The notes: generated by a model from the sequence alone, not told the origin. A stretch of 64,000 bases of DNA from Desulfobacterales bacterium (GCA_963674755.2 CAXXVS010000002.1:704001-768000), one strand, 5' to 3'; numbered from the stretch's first letter, positions 30,802 to 41,457 are shown. Program-made: numbers and translations.

Positions 30802-31331
30802 TGCGCCCCGAAGATAATATATCGGCCTCGGCGCATGGCCATACGGTATTCCTGTCCGTGGGCTCCAATCTGGGCGACAAGATGGCCCATTGCCGTTTCG
30901 GCATCGCCCAACTGGCGGCCCACCCGCAAGTCACCGTGACGGGGACCTCGCCGTTTTATCGCACCGCTCCGGTGGATTTTACCGACCAGGACTGGTTCGT
31001 CAACGCGGCCTTGCGTATCGTCACCCGCCTGCCCCCTCTCGATTTGCTGGGGGTTACCCAGGCCGTCCAGACTGCGGCCGGACAGGGCGCCAAAGCGGTT
31101 CGCTTCGGTCCCCGCGTCCTTGACCTGGATCTCATTTTTTATGGCCAGGTGACGATGCGGCATGCCGATCTTGAACTGCCCCATCCCCGCATGCACAAAA
31201 GGCGTTTCGTGTTGCAACCTATCTGTGATATAGATCCCCAATTTGTGCATCCGGCATTCGGATGCCGCGTCAGGGACTTGCTCGCCAACCTGCATGACGA
31301 TCAACAGGAGGTCGTCCCGATCGATGCTTAA
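30801..31331 (+). CDS. folK: HPPK (7,8-dihydro-6-hydroxymethylpterin pyrophosphokinase)
   Basis: GSNLGD, GPRVLDLD, LPHPRMHKRRFVL. Confidence 0.96.
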   Translation: MRPEDNISASAHGHTVFLSVGSNLGDKMAHCRFGIAQLAAHPQVTVTGTSPFYRTAPVDFTDQDWFVNAALRIVTRLPPLDLLGVTQAVQTAAGQGAKAVRFGPRVLDLDLIFYGQVTMRHADLELPHPRMHKRRFVLQPICDIDPQFVHPAFGCRVRDLLANLHDDQQEVVPIDA

Positions 31332-31584
31332 ACTCATTATTCTGGCGGTGGTGGGGTATCTGTTCTACCGGGCGCTCAAATCCATGATCATCGGTTCCGG
31401 GGCGTCTTCCTCCGAAAGGAACGAGCGCGGCCCAAACGAGGTGGACGATGTTCTGGTGCAGGATCCAGTCTGCAAGACCTACGTCCCCCAGCACGGCAGC
31501 ATTCACATCCGGCGCCACGGCCAGCTGATGTACTTTTGCAGCGAGGAATGCCGGGACCGCTATCTCCAGGACCATCCGGAGTAG
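31324..31584 (+). CDS. Small membrane-anchored YHS/TRASH protein
   Basis: TM, QDPVCKTY, YFCSEECRD. Confidence 0.85.
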   Translation: MLKLIILAVVGYLFYRALKSMIIGSGASSSERNERGPNEVDDVLVQDPVCKTYVPQHGSIHIRRHGQLMYFCSEECRDRYLQDHPE

Positions 31585-31641
31585 AGCCGAACAGCGTTAG
31601 ACGACAACACTTACGTTAGTGAGAAGGAGGATGACTGCTAA

Positions 31642-32286
31642 ATGAAATTTTTCATTGATACCGCGAACATCGATGAGATTAAAGAAGCCAATGCCATGGG
31701 GATGGTGGATGGTGTCACCACGAATCCGACGCTGATTGCCCGTGAAAAAGGCGCTTTCAAGGACATTATCGCCGAGATCTGCCGCATCGTGGACGGACCC
31801 ATCAGTGCGGAAGTCATCAGCCTGGCAACCGACGGCATGGTGGCCGAGGCGCGCGATCTGGCCAAAATTCATGACAACATCGTGGTCAAGATTCCCATGA
31901 CCACCGATGGACTCAAGGCCGTGCGCATTCTGGCCGCCGAGGGCATTCACACCAATGTGACCCTCATCTTTTCGGCGCTGCAGGCCCTCATGGCGGCCAA
32001 GGCGGGGGCCAGCTACGTCAGCCCGTTTGTGGGACGGCTGGACGATCTGTCCCAGGAGGGCATGCAACTGGTGGAACAGGTGGCCGATATCTACAGCAAC
32101 TATGCTTACGACACCGAAATCATCGTGGCCAGCATCCGCAACCCCATGCATGTCCTGGATGCGGCCCTGATCGGTGCGGATATCGCCACCATTCCTTTCA
32201 ATGTTCTCAAGAAGCTGGCCGCCCACCCGTTGACTGACAAGGGCATCGAAGCCTTTTTGAATGACTGGAAAAAGGCGGGCAACTAA
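31642..32286 (+). CDS. tal: Transaldolase / fructose-6-phosphate aldolase family
   Basis: [33 protein letters not shown]. Confidence 0.93.
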   Translation: MKFFIDTANIDEIKEANAMGMVDGVTTNPTLIAREKGAFKDIIAEICRIVDGPISAEVISLATDGMVAEARDLAKIHDNIVVKIPMTTDGLKAVRILAAEGIHTNVTLIFSALQALMAAKAGASYVSPFVGRLDDLSQEGMQLVEQVADIYSNYAYDTEIIVASIRNPMHVLDAALIGADIATIPFNVLKKLAAHPLTDKGIEAFLNDWKKAGN

Positions 32287-32478
32287 AGTGGCCCTATGCA
32301 TCATCGCTACGCTGACCCGCGCGCGCCGATTCATCCTGTCTGACGGTGTTGTGAAACCAGGGCCGCTTCCAGATATGCCTAAGGTTGCGCGCCTTGTCAG
32401 CCAGGCGGCTTGACGCTCGTATAATATCACCATTTTTACGAACAGGACCACCAAGATTCGGCAAAGCGAGGCGCGGAC

Positions 32479-33045
32479 ATGGATCTTGCGCAACGGTTAA
32501 AAAATCATTTCAGCAATCCCAATGTACTGACCATGTATCGGGTGGTGGCCATCCCCGGTCTCGTGGTGCTCCTGATGTTTCCGAATCGTTTGACCACCTT
32601 TTTGGCGGCCTTTTTCTTCAGCATTGCTTCCGTTACCGATGCCCTGGACGGCTTTTTCGCCCGACGACGGGGGATGGAGTCGAGTTTCGGCAAAGTCATG
32701 GACCCGGTGGCGGACAAGCTCCTGGTTTCATCGGCGTTCATCATGATGACGTCGCTGGGGTGGGTGCCGGCCTGGATCGTATGCATCATCATCGGACGCG
32801 AACTGGCGGTAACCGGACTGCGCAACCTGATGGCCGAAAGTCGTGAGGATGTTTCGGCCTCCAATCTTGGCAAATATAAAACCGGCTTCCAGATTGCGGC
32901 CATCATCCCTTTACTGCTGCATTACACTTACCTTGGCATCCAGTTTCACGTGGTGGGCATGTTTTTTCTCTGGTGCGCGCTGCTGCTGACGGTTTGGTCG
33001 GGTGCCGACTACTTCCTGCGGTTTCGGGATGTGCTGAAATTCTAA
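32479..33045 (+). CDS. pgsA: Phosphatidylglycerophosphate synthase
   Basis: PNVLT, TDALDGFFAR, DPVADK, RELAVTGLR. Confidence 0.95.
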   Translation: MDLAQRLKNHFSNPNVLTMYRVVAIPGLVVLLMFPNRLTTFLAAFFFSIASVTDALDGFFARRRGMESSFGKVMDPVADKLLVSSAFIMMTSLGWVPAWIVCIIIGRELAVTGLRNLMAESREDVSASNLGKYKTGFQIAAIIPLLLHYTYLGIQFHVVGMFFLWCALLLTVWSGADYFLRFRDVLKF

Positions 33046-33053
33046 ATTTTTTG

Positions 33054-33082
33054 TTGACATCCGGACGGCAAATCGTTAAAAA
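33054..33082 (+). promoter_or_regulatory. Sigma70-type promoter for the tRNA pair
   Basis: TTGACA-N17-TAAAAA ending 16 nt before tRNA-Gly. Confidence 0.5.
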
Positions 33083-33098
33083 ACGTTTTCTTAACTGA

Positions 33099-33173
33099 GC
33101 GGGAATAACTCAGTGGTAGAGTGCGACCTTGCCAAGGTCGAAGTCGCGGGTTCAAATCCCGTTTCCCGCTCCA
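33099..33173 (+). tRNA. tRNA-Gly(GCC)
   Basis: GCGGGAATAACTCAGTGG..TTGCCAA..TTCAAATC..CCCGCTCCA. Confidence 0.98.
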
Positions 33174-33184
33174 TTTTTTTTTCT

Positions 33185-33259
33185 GGCGGCATAGCCAAGT
33201 GGTAAGGCAGCGGCCTGCAAAGCCGTTATTCGCCAGTTCGAATCTGGCTGCCGCCTCCA
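33185..33259 (+). tRNA. tRNA-Cys(GCA)
   Basis: GGCGGCATAGCCAAGTGG..CTGCAAA..TTCGAATC..GCCGCCTCCA. Confidence 0.98.
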
Positions 33260-33269
33260 GAACCAATTC

Positions 33270-33310
33270 AAGGGCTTGTAAGAATTCCAATATCTTACAA
33301 GCCCTTTTTG
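33270..33310 (+). terminator. Terminator after tRNA-Cys
   Basis: aagggcttgtaag...cttacaagccctttttg. Confidence 0.8.
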
Positions 33311-33405
33311 CTTTTTTGCGCTATTTTACGACACACTCTAATCTTGTGGGGCGTATTCTTTTTGAGGGGCAAGGCTGGTTGGTAAATAGGGTTTCCGGGA
33401 GTCCT

Positions 33406-33633
33406 TCATCCTGCGAGGCGATGCACGAAATGGTAGACCAGATACCATAAAAGCGCGGATAGGGGCAGCGCCAGACAGATACCGCCGAAGAAGCGGTTGC
33501 GTTGGTAGGGGGTATGGGAAAGGCTGCCTTGGCTGAGGATCTGCAGGGTATCAGCCATTTCATGGCTATCGTTGAGGTCGCCAGGCGGCAGTTCGGACAT
33601 GCGAAAAGGCCTGTCTTCCGGTTCGTCGTTCAT
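33406..33633 (-). CDS. Small hypothetical protein with C-terminal TM
   Basis: ORF downstream of the response regulator; start uncertain. Confidence 0.35.
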   Translation of the reverse strand: MNDEPEDRPFRMSELPPGDLNDSHEMADTLQILSQGSLSHTPYQRNRFFGGICLALPLSALLWYLVYHFVHRLAG

Positions 33634-33682
33634 TGTATAACTGCGCTGCAATCGGTAGGGCATGGCGTTGTTTCCTTGGCGT

Positions 33683-34072
33683 CTAGTGGCAGGCGGCATT
33701 GCCGAAATGGTTGAGATGATCGTAGAGGTCGTCCAGTGAGAAAGGTTTCGGCAAAAAGGCCACCGAGCAGGCGTCGCGCTCCGATTGCCGGCGGTTTTCC
33801 AATTTGTCCGAATAACCGCTCATGAAAATGACTTTGACTTCCGGGTCGATGGACCTGATATCTTCCACCAGTTCGATGCCGCTTCGCTCGCCCATCTCGA
33901 TGTCCGTAATGACGATATCCGGTTTGAACTGGAGATAGGTGCGGTAGCCATCGTCCGCGCTGCAGGCGGTCTTGACGGTATAATTGATGTCTTCGATGGC
34001 TTCCTTGACGAGCAATGCAACGCCTTCGAAATCATCGACGACGAGTACCTTTTTAAGTAATTGCGGGGCCAT
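33683..34072 (-). CDS. Single-domain response regulator
   Basis: VLVVDD, PDIVITDIEM, MSGY, FLPKPF. Confidence 0.92.
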   Translation of the reverse strand: MAPQLLKKVLVVDDFEGVALLVKEAIEDINYTVKTACSADDGYRTYLQFKPDIVITDIEMGERSGIELVEDIRSIDPEVKVIFMSGYSDKLENRRQSERDACSVAFLPKPFSLDDLYDHLNHFGNAACH

Positions 34073-34129
34073 TTTTTGTCATCCGGGTTGTGGCAAATTG
34101 GAGGAAGGGACATTCAGGAGCAAAAGAAC

Positions 34130-34144
34130 GCAATTCCCGTGCCG
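34130..34144 (-). promoter_or_regulatory. Sigma54 (-24/-12) promoter
   Basis: CGGCACG-GGAA-TTGC, 58 nt upstream of the receiver gene. Confidence 0.6.
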
Positions 34145-34369
34145 GATGCCCCATAAATGCACAACCCACGGATAATGCGTCAAAAGATCAGTGCCAGACA
34201 GGCAAACGCTAGTAAAGTGTGTGCTTTTTAAGATAAACGGCGGGAAACAAAATCATACGGACCGGAAAGAACGGCCCCGCGGGACCGCGATCCAAGGCAA
34301 CGGGGCGACAGTTCTTCCCGGATGGCCGGATCGGCACAACGCACGCAGCAGATGAAGGACGCGCTATGC

Positions 34370-34903
34370 CTAGAATTCATATTCGGGGATGCCGTCTCCC
34401 AATTCGAAGACATGGTCCTGGCCCTCGCCGGGCCGCGAGGCGTTGGCCTTGAGAGACAGGGGAACATAATAGTAGGCCAGCTTGGCCGTGGCGCCATTGA
34501 GGGGCTGCTTCAGCTTGATCTTAACGTTCAGGTAGTCCCAGATAAAAATCGTTTCATGGAGGCGCAGCTGGGCACGGGCCGGGTCATAGACTTTATCGAG
34601 GAAGTTTTTGATGGGGCCCACATTATCCGGGTCGGTGATCTTTAGATAGACGGAAAAGAATTTTCCCTTATAAAATCCGTAGACAATATCGGTCAGGGCA
34701 ACATCCCCGATGCCGTAAATGTCTTTGTCACGTTTGTAGAATGTGAAATCCCCGCTGCGAGCCGATTGATGAACGCCCTGGAAGGCCTCGACGGTGCTGC
34801 CCCATGGGATGCCGGAGAAGACCTGCTGCACGTCTTCGGCGGCCAGTGGGTTTATCAGGCCGAAGAACAACGCCATAGCGCACAGGATGGTGTTTATTTT
34901 CAT
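34370..34903 (-). CDS. Secreted hypothetical protein
   Basis: Signal peptide; FSGIPWG motif. Confidence 0.8.
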   Translation of the reverse strand: MKINTILCAMALFFGLINPLAAEDVQQVFSGIPWGSTVEAFQGVHQSARSGDFTFYKRDKDIYGIGDVALTDIVYGFYKGKFFSVYLKITDPDNVGPIKNFLDKVYDPARAQLRLHETIFIWDYLNVKIKLKQPLNGATAKLAYYYVPLSLKANASRPGEGQDHVFELGDGIPEYEF

Positions 34904-35077
34904 CTAGGGAAGTCCTCTCGGGAAAGTGGAGTAGTCAGGGCCGACCCGCTATCAAGATCCTGTGATTTCATAGCATAGCGACCGACCTGTGCCAAGCCCA
35001 CAATTGATCTGGGGCCATGGGGCGGGTACGGAAAGGGACCGGGCGGTATTCTTGTGAAAGGAGACCGCCGGTCCGGA

Positions 35078-36412
35078 TCAGCGATCGAAGACAAGCGGCA
35101 TCCCTGAGGGGGGCGCCGTGATCGTTCCATTTTCATAAACGATGCCTCCGTTGACCATGGTGAGGTCCACTGCCGATTGAAAGCGCAGATTCTCGAAGGG
35201 CGACCAGCCGCAGCGGCTTAAAACCGTGTCGGCCGTGACCGTGCCGGGACGCTTCAGGTCGACCAGCACGAGATCGGCCCAATAGCCCTCGCGGATATAG
35301 CCGCGATCTTTTATCTCGAACAGACGTGCCACCGTATGGCTTGTTTTCGCGACGATACGGGTCAGCGACAACACGCCCCGGTGATGGTGTTCCAAAAGGG
35401 CCGGCAGGGCATGCTGCACCAGTGGAAGACCGGACGGCGCCTGAAAATAGGGCTGTTGTTTCTCCGCCAGGGTATGGGGGGCGTGGTCCGTGGCGATGAC
35501 ATCGATCCGGTCCTCGTTCAGCGCCTCGATCAAGGCCCGGCGGTCGGCTTCCAGTTTGATGGCGGGGTTGCATTTGATGCGGGTGCCCAACCGATCGTAG
35601 TCGGAAACACTGAAGTAGAGGTGATGCACACAGGCTTCCGCCGTGATCTGCTTCGCGTCGGACGGGCCGGGTTCCAGGAGCTTTAATTCATCGCCCGTCG
35701 TGAGGTGGAGGAGATGCAGGCGGGTGCCGTGCTGTTTGGCCAGGGCGACCGCCAGCGAAGAAGACTTAAGGCATGCTTCGCGGCTGCGGATGTCGGGATG
35801 ATGGCGCATGGGAACCGCGTCGCCGTATTGGGCGCGGTAACGGGCCTCGTTGGCCAGGATGGTCGGGGTGTCTTCGCAATGGGTGGCCACCAGAAGAGGG
35901 GATTGGGCAAAGATGGCTTCCAGGGTGTGGGGATCGTCCACCAGCATGTCGCCCGTGGAGGCGCCCATAAAGACTTTGACGCCGCAGGCCTTTTGGGGGT
36001 CGAGGGCTTTGACGGCTTCGATATTGGTGTTGGTGGCGCCCAGGTAAAACCCGTAGTTGGCATAGGCGCGGCCAGAGGCGGCGGCCCGTTTGGCTTCCAG
36101 GGTTTTGTGATCGGTCGTGGTCGGTTGGGTATTGGGCATGTCCATGAAGCTGGTGATGCCGCCGGCTACGGCCGCCCGTGATTCCGAGCAGATATCCCCT
36201 TTGTGGGTCAGGCCCGGTTCCCGGAAATGCACCTGGTCATCGATCAGACCGGGCAGCAGGGCTCGCCCGGCGGCCTCGATGGTTCGACCGTGGGGGCGGG
36301 AGGTTAACGCGCCCCCCACCATTTCGATCCGGCCGTTGGAGACCAGCACGTCACCGTGTTTGGTCTCATCCTCATTGACGATCATGGCATTGGCGATGAC
36401 AATGCGATGCAT
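35078..36412 (-). CDS. pyrC: Dihydroorotase (multifunctional-complex type)
   Basis: DQVHFREPG, DMPNT, KCNP, TDHAPH; start placed at ATG 36412. Confidence 0.9.
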   Translation of the reverse strand: MHRIVIANAMIVNEDETKHGDVLVSNGRIEMVGGALTSRPHGRTIEAAGRALLPGLIDDQVHFREPGLTHKGDICSESRAAVAGGITSFMDMPNTQPTTTDHKTLEAKRAAASGRAYANYGFYLGATNTNIEAVKALDPQKACGVKVFMGASTGDMLVDDPHTLEAIFAQSPLLVATHCEDTPTILANEARYRAQYGDAVPMRHHPDIRSREACLKSSSLAVALAKQHGTRLHLLHLTTGDELKLLEPGPSDAKQITAEACVHHLYFSVSDYDRLGTRIKCNPAIKLEADRRALIEALNEDRIDVIATDHAPHTLAEKQQPYFQAPSGLPLVQHALPALLEHHHRGVLSLTRIVAKTSHTVARLFEIKDRGYIREGYWADLVLVDLKRPGTVTADTVLSRCGWSPFENLRFQSAVDLTMVNGGIVYENGTITAPPSGMPLVFDR

Positions 36413-36650
36413 GGGCAGCGATACTCCCGGGCAGGCCGTGGTTGGGCAAGGCAATCTCGGGGCGTCATAGCATGGGGTGGGACCATATGCAACGCAGGGC
36501 CGCGGTTCATTGCTTCGAAAGACTTTGGCAAACCGTTTGCCATTGGAAAGTATTCCCGCTATGGTGGCGGTCCGCCACCTGATCAGGCTTGAGGCCCTGG
36601 CGCCATGCGCGTCAGCAGGCTGGTTTACCACCCCATAAGGAGATAGCGCC

Positions 36651-37898
36651 ATGCAGGCCGAAATTCTTTCCACCGGCGATGAGGTGCGCACGGGGGCTGT
36701 CGTGGATACCAATGCCGCTTTTATGGCGGAAGCGCTCGAATCCCATGGCATTGCCGTAGGCCGGCACACAACGATCGGCGATGATGTCAGTCTCATCGCG
36801 GAAACCCTGCAGGCGATCGCCGGACGGGTTGACGTGGCCCTGGTCAGCGGCGGCTTGGGGCCTACGGCCGACGACCTGACCGCGGAAGCGGCTGCGCGGG
36901 CGGCCGGAGTGCGTTTGGTAGAGATGCCGGAGGCCCTGGCACAGGTGGAGCGCTTTTTTAAATCCCGCGGTCTGGCCATGTCGGCGGCCAACCGCAAGCA
37001 GGCCCTCCTGCCGGAAGGGGCGGCGGTGCTGGATAACCCCGAGGGATCCGCCCCCGGTTTCCGGATGATGATTGGTCGCTGCCGCTTTTATTTCCTGCCG
37101 GGTGTTCCCAGGGAGATGAAGCCCATGATGGCGCGATGTGTGCTGCCGGATGTCGATGAGGACCAACGGGCCGATGGCATGGTGCACCGGGTGGCCGTTG
37201 TCACCACCTTCGGACTCCCCGAGTCGGTGGTGGGTGAAAAACTGCAGGATCTGGCGCTGCCGGACGATGATGGCCTGCGCATCGGGCTGCGGGTCCTGTT
37301 TCCCGAAATCCATGTACGTATTTACGGCCGGGACCGCCAGCCGGACCGCCTGGAAGACGCCATGGGGCGGCTCAAAGGCGCTATTTGCGAGCGATTGGGG
37401 AAAAGGGTGGTATCCACCGACGGGGAACGCCTGCCTGCTGCGCTGGGCCGGATGCTGATTGCGCGCCAGGCTACCCTGGCCCTGGCCGAAAGCTGCACCG
37501 GCGGTCTGCTGGCCAAGCAATTGACGGATGTGCCGGGCAGTTCCGGGTTTTTCCGTCTGTCGGCGGTGACCTATGCCAATGAAGCCAAGATGGCGGTTTT
37601 GGGGGTCGCGTCGGAGACCCTGAGGCAACACGGCGCCGTGCATGAAACCACGGCCCGTGAAATGGCCGAAGGTGCCCGCCGTGTGGCCCGGACCGATTTT
37701 GCCCTTTCCACGACCGGCATTGCCGGCCCGGATGGGGGCAGCGAAGAAAAGCCGGTGGGAACCATTTGCATCGGGTTGGCCACGCCGGCGCAATGTTTCA
37801 CCTATCGTTATGTGTTCCCCTTCGGTGATCGGGATTTGAATCGCCGCATTTTCGCGGCGATGGCCCTGGATCGCCTGCGGCAATACCTGATGCCCTGA
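36651..37898 (+). CDS. cinA: CinA (MoCF domain + NMN deamidase)
   Basis: GGLGPTADD, LPGVP, AESCTGG, TGIAGP. Confidence 0.95.
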   Translation: MQAEILSTGDEVRTGAVVDTNAAFMAEALESHGIAVGRHTTIGDDVSLIAETLQAIAGRVDVALVSGGLGPTADDLTAEAAARAAGVRLVEMPEALAQVERFFKSRGLAMSAANRKQALLPEGAAVLDNPEGSAPGFRMMIGRCRFYFLPGVPREMKPMMARCVLPDVDEDQRADGMVHRVAVVTTFGLPESVVGEKLQDLALPDDDGLRIGLRVLFPEIHVRIYGRDRQPDRLEDAMGRLKGAICERLGKRVVSTDGERLPAALGRMLIARQATLALAESCTGGLLAKQLTDVPGSSGFFRLSAVTYANEAKMAVLGVASETLRQHGAVHETTAREMAEGARRVARTDFALSTTGIAGPDGGSEEKPVGTICIGLATPAQCFTYRYVFPFGDRDLNRRIFAAMALDRLRQYLMP

Positions 37899-37924
37899 TT
37901 TCCGAAAAACAAGGAAAGCCGCCC

Positions 37925-38806
37925 ATGACGATCCTCACAGGACTGATCATCCTGGCAAGTCTCTATGGCACTGTGACCCTGGTATTGACCTATCTGGTGC
38001 AGCAATACCCCCGCAACCCTGTGCACGACCCGCCCGACTGGGGGCATGTCGAAGATTTGCGGCTTAGCGCGGCTGACGGAGGATTCATCGAAGTCTGGCG
38101 CATCCGGCCGGACGGCCCCTCCTGCGGAACCGTTCTTTTCATGCACGGCTGGGGGCGCAACCGTGACCGCATGGTGGCGCGGGCCCGCCTGTTCGCCGCC
38201 TGGGGATTCACGGCTGTCATCCACAGCGCCCGGGATCATGGCAACAGCTCACCCAGCCCCATGATGAACATCATGAAGTTTGCCCAGGATATCGAGACCG
38301 TGCTGAACTGGCTGGATGAACCCGTCATCCTGTACGGGCACTCGGCTGGCTCCGGCGGCGCGCTGATTGCGGCTGTACGGCATCCGGATCGCATTCGGCT
38401 GTTGTTTCTGGAAGCGGTTTTCGCCGACACCCATGAAGCGCTGATGCACCTCTATACCTGGGTCAATCCGATTTTCGGCCGTTGTTTCGGCCCCATGATC
38501 CTGTTCTGGATGAATCTTTTCTATGGCGGACGCCTGCGGCGCATGACACCCTGCCGGCTGGCGCAATCATTAAAAATGCCCGTCATGTTGATGCATGGCG
38601 AGCAGGATCGCCGTTTTCCGGTGCGTTTTGCCTATGCCTTGCAAGCCTGTTTCCGGGAAGCTCCGGTGAGCCTCTACGTGGCGCCGGGGGCCGGGCACAG
38701 TGATGCCTCCCAGACGCCGGGGTATCTTCCGGCCGTGCAGGCTTTTCTGGAACGACACCATGCGCTTCCCAAACCCCGAACGAATGCCGAGCGCGCCGCC
38801 AACTGA
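37925..38806 (+). CDS. Membrane-anchored alpha/beta hydrolase
   Basis: HGWG, GHSAG, HGEQD, GH. Confidence 0.88.
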   Translation: MTILTGLIILASLYGTVTLVLTYLVQQYPRNPVHDPPDWGHVEDLRLSAADGGFIEVWRIRPDGPSCGTVLFMHGWGRNRDRMVARARLFAAWGFTAVIHSARDHGNSSPSPMMNIMKFAQDIETVLNWLDEPVILYGHSAGSGGALIAAVRHPDRIRLLFLEAVFADTHEALMHLYTWVNPIFGRCFGPMILFWMNLFYGGRLRRMTPCRLAQSLKMPVMLMHGEQDRRFPVRFAYALQACFREAPVSLYVAPGAGHSDASQTPGYLPAVQAFLERHHALPKPRTNAERAAN

Positions 38807-38823
38807 CCCGGTTGCCACCCCCA

Positions 38824-39156
38824 TCAAAAATCGTCGACGAGGGGAACGCTCAGGCGGATACGAATGGGACGCTTGTGGAGCGCTTTGCCTTTGGGGGAGT
38901 TCAAAAAGGATTTGAGGGCCGCCTTGGCGACATGGGCATCTTCATGGCTTCGAAAAAAGGCCCGCAAATCGTCGATCTCTGGAAAGACGTGATCGACACG
39001 TTCCCAGCGGTTGGGCGCCATTTTGGCCTCCAAGACGTAAAGGGCACCTTCTTTTTCAACCGCCAGAAGGCAGACCTTATCCCCCAGCGATTTTTCAAGC
39101 TCGCGAATTGCCTTAAGATTTTCTTCGGTTAAACGGGCTACTTTAATGTTCAGCAT
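38824..39156 (-). CDS. Hypothetical protein
   Basis: 110-aa ORF with AGGA SD. Confidence 0.7.
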   Translation of the reverse strand: MLNIKVARLTEENLKAIRELEKSLGDKVCLLAVEKEGALYVLEAKMAPNRWERVDHVFPEIDDLRAFFRSHEDAHVAKAALKSFLNSPKGKALHKRPIRIRLSVPLVDDF

Positions 39157-39168
39157 GAGGTCCTGCGG

Positions 39169-39918
39169 TTATTTTTTTAGGGGCCTCAAAGGACGAAACC
39201 AATCCAGCGTCGCGTCCATGAAGCGTTGTTGATGGTCCTTTTGACTCAGGCGGTGATCCCCGCCGGGAATGGCGAGCAGTTTTTTAGGGTCCCTGACGCC
39301 ATTGTAAATCAAGCGCGCATGGCTGGCAGGGATGACCGTGTCGTCATCACCGTGAATCACCAGTAGGTTGCCAATAGAACGGAGACTGTCGCCCAAATCG
39401 AACTGCACGGCGGCGTCCAGAAAGGGCGGCGCCACCGGAGGGGCCGCTTCATTGGCCGCCAAGATGGAGCGGCTGTCGACAGGGGCGGCCAAGGTGACCA
39501 TGCGGTTCGGTTCCAGGCGAGGGGCGGCCGCAAGGCAGGTGGCTCCGCCGAAGCTGCTGCCAAACAGGCCCAGTCCGCTTCCCAGGTGGAATTCGGTGCG
39601 CAAAAACGCCACCGCCTCGATCAGATCCCGGCGGCGTCCTCCCAGGCTGGTAACCGCTTCAAAGCGTCCCTCACTCCGGCCGCAGCCGCGGTGGTCGAAG
39701 CGGAAATAGGCGATTCCCATCCGGCTGCAGGCGCGGGCCAGGGCCACTTGTTTGGGAGAATCTCCGCTGCTGTAGAGGCCATGTGATCCCACGATCAGAT
39801 TGGGGTGGGGCTGCTCCGGGAGATGCAGCGTGCCCTGCAGGCGAAAGTCGTCTGATGAGAACGTGCACCCGATTGGCGGTGGTGGTGCGCCATCTTGTTC
39901 CTGCTTCAGGTTTGGCAT
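39169..39918 (-). CDS. Alpha/beta hydrolase
   Basis: FDHRGCGRSEG, GSSFGG, HGDDD, GDH; start uncertain. Confidence 0.88.
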   Translation of the reverse strand: MPNLKQEQDGAPPPPIGCTFSSDDFRLQGTLHLPEQPHPNLIVGSHGLYSSGDSPKQVALARACSRMGIAYFRFDHRGCGRSEGRFEAVTSLGGRRRDLIEAVAFLRTEFHLGSGLGLFGSSFGGATCLAAAPRLEPNRMVTLAAPVDSRSILAANEAAPPVAPPFLDAAVQFDLGDSLRSIGNLLVIHGDDDTVIPASHARLIYNGVRDPKKLLAIPGGDHRLSQKDHQQRFMDATLDWFRPLRPLKK

Positions 39919-40068
39919 ACCGTCCTTCATTGATGGATCGCGCAACCGGCATTGATTTGACCGGCGGACTCGTATAAAGGAGATTCCCGTCGCCGCCGCA
40001 TGACAGGGCGGTTGGTTTCCCAAAAACTCCGGCCGATTAGGGGCCTAACGAATCAGGCGCATTCAACC

Positions 40069-41457
40069 ATGACAGTTAAAAAAGGTCAAATTCTAGAAAT
40101 TGAGGTGACAGACCTGGCCTTTGGCGGCAAAGGGCTGGCGCGGATCGACGGGATGGCGGTTTTCATCGACCAGGCCGTGCCCGGCGATCAGGTGCAGGTC
40201 CGGATCGTCAAAAGACGCAAACAATACGCCGAGGCGCGGGTCACCCAACTGATCCGCCCTTCGGCGGACCGGGTGCCGGCCCCCTGTGAATACAGCGGGT
40301 TTTGCGGCGGCTGCAAATGGCAGTTCCTGCGCTATGAGCGACAACTGGCCTATAAGCGGCAGCACGTGGCCGAAGCCCTCGGGCATATCGGCGGACTCGA
40401 AGCACCGCTGGTCCACCCGACCCTGCCGGCTGATCCGATTTTCGGCTATCGCAATAAAATGGAATTTTCCTGTTCGGATCGCCGCTGGCTGCTGCCGTCG
40501 GAATTGGGGCGGGAGGACGAGGATATCAGCTTTGCCTTGGGGTTGCACGTGCCCGGCACCTTCCATAAGGTTCTCGACACCCGGGCCTGCCTGCTTCAGC
40601 CGGAGCAGGGCAACCGCATCCTTGCGGATATCCGCCGGGAGATGCGGTCTTCGGGCCGACCGCCCTATGGCCTGCGCAGCCACACCGGTTTCTGGCGTTT
40701 TCTCATGCTGCGCCACTCCGTGGCCCGGGATCAATGGATGATCAACCTGATTACCGCGGACGAGGACCAGCCCATGATGAAGTCCATGGCCGCGAGGCTC
40801 ATGGCCGCCCATCCGGAAGTGGTTGCCGTGGTGAACAACGTGACCGCCCGCAAGGCGGCCATCGCTGTGGGGGAGTATGAGGTCCCAATAGCGGGTGAAA
40901 GCCAGCTGATAGACCGCATCGGCGGGTTTGAATTCGCGATTTCAGCCAATTCCTTTTTCCAGACCAACACACGTTCGGCGGCGTTGCTCTATGAGCAGGT
41001 CAAGGGCTTTGCCCGGCTGGGCGGAACGGAAACCGTGGTGGACCTTTACAGCGGCACCGGAACCATTGCCATTTTTCTGGCGGCGCAGGCCCGGGAGGTG
41101 GTGGGCATGGAGATCGTGGCCAGTGCCGTCCAGGATGCGGCGCGCAACTGCCGCCGCAACCGCATTGACAATTGCCGCTTCATCCAAGGGGATATCCGTG
41201 AACAATTGGCCGGCCTGACAATGTCACCGGATGTCATGGTGATCGATCCGCCCCGGGACGGCATGCACCAGGATGTTCTCAAACAGGTGATCCGGAGCGG
41301 GCCGCAACGGATTGTCTATGTATCCTGCAATCCGGCCACCTTAGCCCGTGATGTCGTCCAGCTTAAGGACCATTATTACATTGCCGAGGTCCAGCCGGTG
41401 GACATGTTCCCCCACACCTGGCACATCGAGAGCGTGGCCCGTTTGGAGCGGCGCTAG
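40069..41457 (+). CDS. rlmD: 23S rRNA m5U1939 methyltransferase
   Basis: TRAM domain, CGGC, SFFQTN, DPPR, YVSCNPAT, DMFPHT. Confidence 0.95.
   Translation: MTVKKGQILEIEVTDLAFGGKGLARIDGMAVFIDQAVPGDQVQVRIVKRRKQYAEARVTQLIRPSADRVPAPCEYSGFCGGCKWQFLRYERQLAYKRQHVAEALGHIGGLEAPLVHPTLPADPIFGYRNKMEFSCSDRRWLLPSELGREDEDISFALGLHVPGTFHKVLDTRACLLQPEQGNRILADIRREMRSSGRPPYGLRSHTGFWRFLMLRHSVARDQWMINLITADEDQPMMKSMAARLMAAHPEVVAVVNNVTARKAAIAVGEYEVPIAGESQLIDRIGGFEFAISANSFFQTNTRSAALLYEQVKGFARLGGTETVVDLYSGTGTIAIFLAAQAREVVGMEIVASAVQDAARNCRRNRIDNCRFIQGDIREQLAGLTMSPDVMVIDPPRDGMHQDVLKQVIRSGPQRIVYVSCNPATLARDVVQLKDHYYIAEVQPVDMFPHTWHIESVARLERR

Noticed and set aside
33277..33300. tgtaagaatt/atcttacaa arms shared between the tRNA-Cys terminator and the RHH array (46004, 46100)
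   Set aside because: Short AT-rich matches; at 33.3 kb they are explained by the terminator stem, so probably coincidence.
36413..36997. N-terminal extension of the 639-aa pyrC ORF
   Set aside because: Overlaps cinA on the opposite strand; dihydroorotase similarity begins at Met 36412.
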